From NCBI GenBank assembly GCA_043758655.1, contig JAYVNC010000197.1:1-34688 (forward strand): a stretch of DNA of 34,688 nt, in the 5' to 3' direction. The DNA is from Novosphingobium sp. (GTDB lineage: Bacteria; Pseudomonadota; Alphaproteobacteria; Sphingomonadales; Sphingomonadaceae). Below are positions 28,574 to 34,688 of the stretch, piece after piece (position 1 is the stretch's first letter; each line of letters starts with the position of its first letter). A model generated the notes under the pieces. It was given only the letters and a program-made list of their open reading frames with translations. It had not been told where the DNA came from and did not search any database. Position numbers and translations under genes: made by a program.

Positions 28574-28754
28574 CGACCTGTCTCGCGATCTTGTTGAATT
28601 CAGCCTGGCAATGGTCCAAGTTGAACCTCAAGCTCTCGACCGAATGTGGTTCAAGTCTCGCGATAGACGCTGCTCGGTAGAAATCGTTAGCTTCCTTGAG
28701 TTTGTCGAGCGCATCTGACCATTCGTTATATTGCGGGTGATCTTGAACTGGCAT
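28566..28754 (-). CDS. 62-aa hypothetical helical protein, first cargo gene
   Basis: GGAG RBS before the ATG; overlaps the next gene by 8 nt. Confidence 0.55.
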   Translation of the reverse strand: MPVQDHPQYNEWSDALDKLKEANDFYRAASIARLEPHSVESLRFNLDHCQAEFNKIARQVDA

Positions 28755-28763
28755 GTTGGCTCC

Positions 28764-28779
28764 TGCTTAGCGTTAAGCA
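28764..28779. promoter_or_regulatory. Palindromic operator-like site upstream of the cargo genes
   Basis: TGCTTA-GCGT-TAAGCA; resembles the core of 27038-27063. Confidence 0.55.
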
Positions 28780-28857
28780 TTCATAGCAGACGGTTGGCAA
28801 CAATGCCAGATTAGTCAACCGCGTCTATTTCAAAGTGATGCAGTCCCGGGGAGAGGG

Positions 28858-29187
28858 CTAGGTTGCATTCAACTTCATACTCTCCGCCATCCGCGCCTGT
28901 TGCTCAGCCGTCGCCTCAGATTGAAACCGCGCTTTCCATTCGACCGCCCCCATGCCGTGGATCACTTCGCGCGCGCCCGCCTTGTCCAAAGGCGCGCCGG
29001 CTTCGACGATCCAGTCACCCAGGCAGTTGCGGCAGAACCCTGCAAGTCCCATCAGTTCGATGTTCTGCGCATCACTGCGGTGGCGCAGGTGGCGCACGAG
29101 GCGGCGGAATGCGGCGGCGGCTATGGCATCATCGAGCGCATCCAGCGCGTCGCCGGGGTCCGCATTCGTATTTTCTGAGCAGCTCAT
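28858..29187 (-). CDS. DUF1244 domain protein
   Basis: AAAFRRLVRHLRHRSDAQNIELMGLAGFCRNCL; this is the real 3' part of the 402-aa ORF in the track. Confidence 0.9.
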   Translation of the reverse strand: MSCSENTNADPGDALDALDDAIAAAAFRRLVRHLRHRSDAQNIELMGLAGFCRNCLGDWIVEAGAPLDKAGAREVIHGMGAVEWKARFQSEATAEQQARMAESMKLNAT

Positions 29188-29238
29188 GGGGTTCTTCCTT
29201 GGGTTTTCGCGCGTCTCTTGCCATAGGGCAGGCGGCAA

Positions 29239-30741
29239 GTGGAAGGACCAATCTTGGCGAAGAGCGAGCAAACTGCGGTAATTCACCCTCAACTTGCCCA
29301 CCGAGGGCGTATGGTAAAGATCCTTGCCACACTCGGCCCGGCGAGCCGCAGCCCTGAAATGATCGCGCGGCTGCTGCGTGCGGGCGTCGATGCCTTCCGC
29401 GTCAACATGAGCCACGGCGATCATCCCACCCACACCGAAACCATCGCCAACATTCGCGCGGCGGAAAAGGCTTTCGGGCGGCCCATCGCGGTGCTGTGCG
29501 ATTTGCAAGGGCCGAAGCTGCGCGTTGGGCAGTTCAAGGATGGCCGCGCGGTGATCCGCCATGGCAGCCACTTCACGCTCGATCGCGATCCGGCGCTTGG
29601 GGACGAAACCCGCGTCTGTCTGCCGCACCCCGAACTGTTCAAAGTGCTCGAAAAGGGCCAGCGACTGCTGATCGATGATGGCAAGCTGCGCCTCAGGGTT
29701 ATCCGCGCCGGAGCTGATGAAATTCTGTGCTCGGCAGAAGTTGGCGGGGTGATTTCTGATCGCAAGGGGGTGAATGTCCCCGATGCGGTGGTGCCGATCC
29801 CGGCGCTGACCGAGAAAGACCGCCGCGATCTTGCCTTTGCGGTGGAGCACGGGGCAGACTGGATCGCGCTGTCGTTCGTCCAGCGGCCCGAGGACGTGGC
29901 CGAGGCGCGGCGGCTGATGGGCGGCTATGGCTCGCTGCTCTCCAAGATCGAAAAGCCCGCAGCGCTCGACCGGCTGGGCGAGATTATCGAGCTGTCCGAT
30001 GGCATCATGGTGGCGCGCGGCGATCTGGGGGTTGAGCTCAATCCTGAAGAAGTGCCGCCGCTGCAAAAACGCATTGTCGAGATGACACGGCGTTCAGGAA
30101 AGCCGGTGGTGGTGGCAACACAGATGCTCGAATCGATGATCGAAAGCCCAACGCCGACGCGTGCCGAAGTGTCAGATGTTGCCAATGCCGTTTATGACGG
30201 CGCCGACGCGGTGATGCTTTCAGCAGAGACGGCGGCGGGGGCTTGGCCGGTCGAGGCGGTGACGATCATGGACCGTATCGCCAAGCAGGTGGAAAAAGAC
30301 CCCGGTTATGCCGCGCGACTGCAATTTGCCGATGTGATGCCCGATGCGACAACTGCTGATGCGCTGGCGCAGGCCTCCGCCCAGATCGCCCGCACAGTTT
30401 CGATGTCAGGCATCATCGTGTTTACCGGATCAGGATCGACCGCGCGGCGAGTAGCGCGCGAACGCCCCGGTGTGCCGATGCTGGTGCTCACCCCATCACC
30501 CAAAATAGCGCGCAAACTGGCGCTGCTGTGGGGCGCGCATGCGGTGCACACCAAGGACATCGGCAGCTTCGAGGAGATGATCGCCAAGGGCAAGCGCATG
30601 GCGCTGCGCCACGGGTTCGGCACGGCGGGGTCAAAACTGATCGCGCTGGCAGGGGTGCCGTTCGGTACGCCGGGATCGACCAACCTGCTGCACGTGGTGA
30701 CGCTGAGCGGCAAGGAACTGGATCGCCATGCGGGCGAATAG
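29239..30741 (+). CDS. pyk: Pyruvate kinase
   Basis: KILATLGPAS, RVNMSHG, DLQGPKLR, SKIEK, IMVARGDLGVE, ATQMLESM, DAVMLSAETA; exact start uncertain. Confidence 0.97.
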   Translation: MEGPILAKSEQTAVIHPQLAHRGRMVKILATLGPASRSPEMIARLLRAGVDAFRVNMSHGDHPTHTETIANIRAAEKAFGRPIAVLCDLQGPKLRVGQFKDGRAVIRHGSHFTLDRDPALGDETRVCLPHPELFKVLEKGQRLLIDDGKLRLRVIRAGADEILCSAEVGGVISDRKGVNVPDAVVPIPALTEKDRRDLAFAVEHGADWIALSFVQRPEDVAEARRLMGGYGSLLSKIEKPAALDRLGEIIELSDGIMVARGDLGVELNPEEVPPLQKRIVEMTRRSGKPVVVATQMLESMIESPTPTRAEVSDVANAVYDGADAVMLSAETAAGAWPVEAVTIMDRIAKQVEKDPGYAARLQFADVMPDATTADALAQASAQIARTVSMSGIIVFTGSGSTARRVARERPGVPMLVLTPSPKIARKLALLWGAHAVHTKDIGSFEEMIAKGKRMALRHGFGTAGSKLIALAGVPFGTPGSTNLLHVVTLSGKELDRHAGE

Positions 30742-30785
30742 GCGGCTGCACTTGCTTTCCCGCCTGCCCGTGCGAAAGTAAACCG

Positions 30786-31517
30786 GTGGACCATAACGCT
30801 CAACAGCAAGCCCAGCGCGCATACTACGCCCGCACCGCCGAACATTACGACGATAGCCATGTCACCGGCATGGACGTGCACCAATTTGCCCTCACTTGGC
30901 TGGTGGGGCTGATCAACGGGCTGGGGATTACCTCGCTGCTTGATGTCGGTGCCGGGACCGGACGGGCCTTGATCGCGCTTAAGGCGGCGTGTCCGGGCCT
31001 GCGGGTGCTGGGTATCGAACCATCAGCCGAACTGCGCGCGCAGGGCCACGCCAAGGGGCTGAGTGAAGACGAACTGGTCGATGGCGATGCCTTCGCGCTG
31101 GGATTTGCCGATGGCGCGTTCGATCTGGTGTCCGAATTCGGCGTACTGCATCACTTGCCCGATCCGGCACGCGCGGTGGCAGAGATGCTGCGTGTGGCGA
31201 AAGAAGGCGTGTTCATTTCTGATTGCAACAATTTCGGCCAAGGCGGGCGCGCGGCGCGCGCGCTCAAACAGGCGATCAACGCAGTGGGCCTGTGGAGGGC
31301 GTTTGACCTGTTGCGAACGCGCGGCAAGGGCTTTCACTTCAACGAAGGCGATGGGCTGTTTTATTCCTATTCGGTGTTCAACAATTATGCGCAAATCGCG
31401 CAGGCCTGCACATCGGTTCACGTGATGAACACCTTTGATGGCGGGCTTGATCCCTATCGCTCGGCATCCAATGTCGCGCTGCTGGGGCTCAAGCGACTGG
31501 CGCTGACGACGGGTTAG
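30786..31517 (+). CDS. Class I SAM-dependent methyltransferase
   Basis: LLDVGAGTG, GIEPS, GDAFALGFADGAFDLV, VLHHLPDP...EMLRV; GTG start at 30786. Confidence 0.85.
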   Translation: MDHNAQQQAQRAYYARTAEHYDDSHVTGMDVHQFALTWLVGLINGLGITSLLDVGAGTGRALIALKAACPGLRVLGIEPSAELRAQGHAKGLSEDELVDGDAFALGFADGAFDLVSEFGVLHHLPDPARAVAEMLRVAKEGVFISDCNNFGQGGRAARALKQAINAVGLWRAFDLLRTRGKGFHFNEGDGLFYSYSVFNNYAQIAQACTSVHVMNTFDGGLDPYRSASNVALLGLKRLALTTG

Positions 31518-32767
31518 ATTATTCCACTCTGCGCCGCCCGCGCCATCACATCATGCACACGGGCCAAATCCTCTGCTGAAATGCAGTAAGGCGGCATAAC
31601 ATAGGCCGTGTTGCCAAGCGGACGCAGCAGCACATCCTGTTCGCGGAAATAGGCGGTAAGGCGCGGGCCGATTTCGGACAGATAACCCGCCCCAGCTGCG
31701 GCATAGTCGACCGCGATAACCGTGCCGCATTGGCGCGGACTGGTGATGCCAGCAACCCTTGCGAGCATTGCCAGCCCCTCGGCCTGCCGCGCCGCCAGCG
31801 TGGCGATCCGCTCCATCACCGGCTCATCGCGCCACACCGCAAGATTGGCGAGGGCAGCGGCGCAGGCGATAGGGTTCGCGGTGTAGCTGGAGGAATGGTA
31901 GAAGGTTTTGGTCCGGTCGGTGGACCAGTGTGCGTCATAAATCGCCGCAGATGCCATAGTCACGGCCAGCGGCATTGAACCGCCGGTGAGCCCTTTGGCT
32001 AGGCACAGCAGATCGGGCACCACGCCTGCCTTTTCGCAAGCCAACAACGTGCCAGTGCGGCCCCAGCCGGTCATCACCTCGTCGGCGATGAACGGCACGC
32101 CGTGCGCCGCACAGATTCTGTGCATTTCGCGCAAGACCTGCGCCGGGTACATCAACATCCCGCCCGCACCCAGCAGCAGCGGTTCGACGATGAACGCGGC
32201 GGTATCTGGCTGACGGCATAGTTTTTCCAGCGCATCAAGCGTTGCCTGTTCGCGCCCCTCAGTGGGGAAAGGCACCGTTTCCACATCGAACAACAGCGGC
32301 GCATAGGCGCGGTTGAAAACGCCGCGAGCGCCCACGCTCATCGCGCCGATGGTGTCGCCATGATAGCTATGTTCCATCACGACGATTTTGTGGCGCGGCT
32401 CGCCGTTATTAGCCCAGAACCCCAGCGCCATCTTGAGCGCGACCTCGACGGCGGTGGAGCCTGAATCTGAGAAAAACGCGTAAGGTAGCCCCAGCAGCGC
32501 CGCCAATTCCGCCGCAAGCTGCTCGCCGGGTTCGTGCGTCCACCCGGCAAAGATCAATTGATCGAGCTTGCGCGCCTGCTGGGCAATCGCGGCAACAATG
32601 CGCTGGTGGCAGTGGCCGTGTGTGGTCACCCACCAGCTTGAGATGGCGTCAATCACCCGGCGGCCATCGGCGGTGTGCAGGATCGCCCCTGTCGCATGGG
32701 TGACCAGCGGCGTTGGTTCTTCGAGGCCATGCTGGGTAAATGGATGCCAGACGGGGGAGCGGGTCAT
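31514..32767 (-). CDS. bioA: Adenosylmethionine-8-amino-7-oxononanoate transaminase
   Basis: [53 protein letters not shown]. Confidence 0.96.
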   Translation of the reverse strand: MTRSPVWHPFTQHGLEEPTPLVTHATGAILHTADGRRVIDAISSWWVTTHGHCHQRIVAAIAQQARKLDQLIFAGWTHEPGEQLAAELAALLGLPYAFFSDSGSTAVEVALKMALGFWANNGEPRHKIVVMEHSYHGDTIGAMSVGARGVFNRAYAPLLFDVETVPFPTEGREQATLDALEKLCRQPDTAAFIVEPLLLGAGGMLMYPAQVLREMHRICAAHGVPFIADEVMTGWGRTGTLLACEKAGVVPDLLCLAKGLTGGSMPLAVTMASAAIYDAHWSTDRTKTFYHSSSYTANPIACAAALANLAVWRDEPVMERIATLAARQAEGLAMLARVAGITSPRQCGTVIAVDYAAAGAGYLSEIGPRLTAYFREQDVLLRPLGNTAYVMPPYCISAEDLARVHDVMARAAQSGII

Positions 32768-33384
32768 TCCAGCACACCAAAATCGAAATTCGCGCCAAAC
32801 GCGGCCGCCAGTGTTCCCGCATCAAGCGGACCAAGCCACGGCAATCGCCCCAGTCGCTGCACCCGGCCTTCAGCGCAGATCACCCGTTCGCTCTCGGCGT
32901 TGGCATCACCGATGAAGGCAATTCCCGTCACCTCAATCCCACGCGCGCGCAAAGCCTCAAGGCTCATCAGGCTGTGATTGATCGTCCCCAAAGATGTCCG
33001 CGCGGCGAGAACCACCGGCAGGCCCCATCGGGCGAAAAGATCGGCCATCAGGAACCCCGGTGCCAGCGGCACCAGCACCCCGCCCGCGCCTTCGACCACC
33101 AGCGCGCCGGGGGCATCCGGCAAGGCGAGCCGCGCAGGGTCTATCGTAACCCCGTCAATCGCCGCAGCCTGATGCGGCGAGCAGGGGGTGGTGAGGCGAT
33201 AGGCTTCGGGCAGCACCGCGCTCGCCCCAAGCCCAGAAAGCCGCGCGACGATCTGGCTATCAGTCTCGCCCTCCAGCCCGGCCTGAACCGGCTTCCAATA
33301 GCGCGCCTGGAGATGCCCGGTGAGCGCGGCGGCGAGCACCGTCTTGCCTATCCCGGTGTCGGTGCCGGTTACCACCAAGCGCAT
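32764..33384 (-). CDS. bioD: Dethiobiotin synthase
   Basis: [31 protein letters not shown]. Confidence 0.96.
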   Translation of the reverse strand: MRLVVTGTDTGIGKTVLAAALTGHLQARYWKPVQAGLEGETDSQIVARLSGLGASAVLPEAYRLTTPCSPHQAAAIDGVTIDPARLALPDAPGALVVEGAGGVLVPLAPGFLMADLFARWGLPVVLAARTSLGTINHSLMSLEALRARGIEVTGIAFIGDANAESERVICAEGRVQRLGRLPWLGPLDAGTLAAAFGANFDFGVLE

Positions 33385-34628
33385 TACAGCGCCGCTTTCA
33401 GCGCGCCACCCAGCGCCTCAATCTGCGCCTCATCAGCATTCAGTGTGATGACAATCCGCAACCGCGATGTGCCTTCGGGAACCGTTGGCGGGCGGATACC
33501 GCGAATGTCGTATCCCTGCTTCTGGAGCGCCGCCGCGACTGCCATCGTGCGGCGGTCATCGCCCAGCACCAGCGGCAGGATCGGCGAGCCATTGCCCACC
33601 GCCCCCAGCGGCCCGAGCAAGCGCGTTGCCAGCGCGATGCGCGCACGCAGCAAATCGCGCAAGTCATCGCCGCCCTGAACAACGCCAATCGCCGCACGAA
33701 CAACAGCGGCGGTCAGCGGGCTCGGCGCGGTTGAGAAGATAAACCCGCGCGCGCGGTTAATCAGGAAATCGCGCATCACTTTCGGCCCGCACAGCAGCGC
33801 ACCCTCGGCCCCCAGCGCCTTGCCGCAGGTGTGCAGCGAGATTACGTTATCGCGGCTCGGCAAAGTGGCAACCATCCCGCGCCCTTGCGGCCCGCAAATA
33901 CCGGTGGCGTGAGCTTCATCGACTACCAGCACCGCGGCGTGACGCTCGGCAACCTCGGCCAGTCCCGCCAGCGGCGCGAAGTCGCCATCCATCGAATAGA
34001 GAGATTCAACCGCGATCCACGCCTGCCCTGTGTTGCCCGCACTGCGCCAGGCTTTCAGCGCCGATTCAAAGGCGGAAACGTCATTGTGCGGCACCGGCTG
34101 CTGGCCTGCCCGCGTGAGCCGCAGGCCTTCGTGCATCGATGCGTGGACCAGTTCGTCGTGCAGGATCAAATCCCCGCGCTGCGGCAGTGTCGAAAGCAGC
34201 GCCGAATTGGCAGTGTAACCGGTGGCGAAGAACAGCGCCGCCTCTGCTCCGACAAACGCGGCCATTTCAGCCTCAAGCGCCTCGTGCTCGGCGCAATTGC
34301 CGCGCAGCAGCCGTGATCCCCCCGATCCCACCGCTACCCCGCGATTGAGCGCCGTTCGGGCGGCTTCGACGAGTCGGCCCGATGCTGCGAGGCCAAGGTA
34401 ATCGTTCGAGGCGAAGTCTATTCCGGCGTCCGGGGTTAGGGCGCGAAGGCGGCCTATTGTTTTGAGATTATCTAAGTCATCGCGTTGGGCGCTGAAAAGC
34501 CCCTCCTCTTTAGGGGAGGGGTTGGGGTAGGGGCTGTCCGTTACAAGCGACGTTGGGGATAACGGATGGCCCCCACCCCCCGCCCCTCCCCTAAAGAGGA
34601 GGGGAGCAGAAGAAGGAGCACCCTTCAC
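33384..34628 (-). CDS. bioF: 8-amino-7-oxononanoate synthase with repeat-derived N-terminal extension
   Basis: [50 protein letters not shown]. Confidence 0.94.
   Translation of the reverse strand: MKGAPSSAPLLFRGGAGGGGHPLSPTSLVTDSPYPNPSPKEEGLFSAQRDDLDNLKTIGRLRALTPDAGIDFASNDYLGLAASGRLVEAARTALNRGVAVGSGGSRLLRGNCAEHEALEAEMAAFVGAEAALFFATGYTANSALLSTLPQRGDLILHDELVHASMHEGLRLTRAGQQPVPHNDVSAFESALKAWRSAGNTGQAWIAVESLYSMDGDFAPLAGLAEVAERHAAVLVVDEAHATGICGPQGRGMVATLPSRDNVISLHTCGKALGAEGALLCGPKVMRDFLINRARGFIFSTAPSPLTAAVVRAAIGVVQGGDDLRDLLRARIALATRLLGPLGAVGNGSPILPLVLGDDRRTMAVAAALQKQGYDIRGIRPPTVPEGTSRLRIVITLNADEAQIEALGGALKAAL
34500..34604. repeat. CIR/REP-like palindromic repeat within the 5' end of bioF
   Basis: Arms 34500-34543 and 34560-34604 are near-perfect inverted copies; each contains CCCCTCC...GGAGGGG hairpins. 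Confidence 0.88.
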
Positions 34629-34688
34629 GCCCTCGTTCCAAACAGCGCCGAACCCACCCGCACATGGGTGGCTCCCAGCATTACTGCT
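34625..34688 (-). CDS. yggS: YggS/PLP homeostasis protein, C-terminal fragment (5'-truncated by window edge)
   Basis: Minus strand reads [20 protein letters not shown]-stop, the typical YggS ending. Confidence 0.85.
   Translation of the reverse strand, partial: AVMLGATHVRVGSALFGTRA

Larger units (their letters stand above)
26126..28847 (-). mobile_element. IS1-family-like cargo (transporter) IS, 2722 bp
   Basis: Perfect 21-bp TIRs GGGACTGCATCACTTTGAAAT (26126-26146) and its reverse complement (28827-28847); 8-bp direct repeat GGGGAGAG at 26118-26125 and 28848-28855; DDE transposase inside; separates DUF1244 from gapR. Confidence 0.93.

Noticed and set aside
28858-30066. 402-aa minus-strand ORF
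   Set aside because: The 5' part is antisense to pyk; only the last 109 aa (DUF1244) are credible
30786-31517. Methyltransferase as BioC
   Set aside because: Convergent with the bio operon rather than part of it, and shows only generic class I motifs

Overview
GC-rich alphaproteobacterial chromosomal segment; gene content and order suggest Sphingomonadales (inference). The housekeeping backbone is: pheA 3' end; a six-gene DUF4129-DUF4350-MoxR-DUF58-SpoIIM-RDD operon; GNATs; ispG; two L,D-transpeptidases; acnA; a Ser/Gly-rich PEP-CTERM-like protein; a gapR-yebC-ruvC-ruvA-ruvB cluster with an extra gene at every junction; DUF1244; pyk; and yggS(3')-bioF-bioD-bioA. The standout feature is a complete 2722-bp IS1-family-like cargo element (26126-28847). 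It has perfect 21-bp terminal inverted repeats and an 8-bp target duplication, and it sits inside a host palindromic CIR/REP-like repeat. Besides the DDE transposase it carries a VapD/Cas2-like RNase, a hairpin-rich non-coding stretch, a coiled-coil/wHTH-like protein ending in an SSB-type acidic tail (DDDIEF), an inverted pair of perfect DnaA boxes beside GTGAC repeats, a small basic KGG-motif protein and a 62-aa ORF. A shared operator-like palindrome precedes both the cargo genes and the transposase. Two families of palindromic repeats occur in the window; one copy appears to be translated in frame as the BioF N-terminus. All family calls come from motif recognition, with no database searches.
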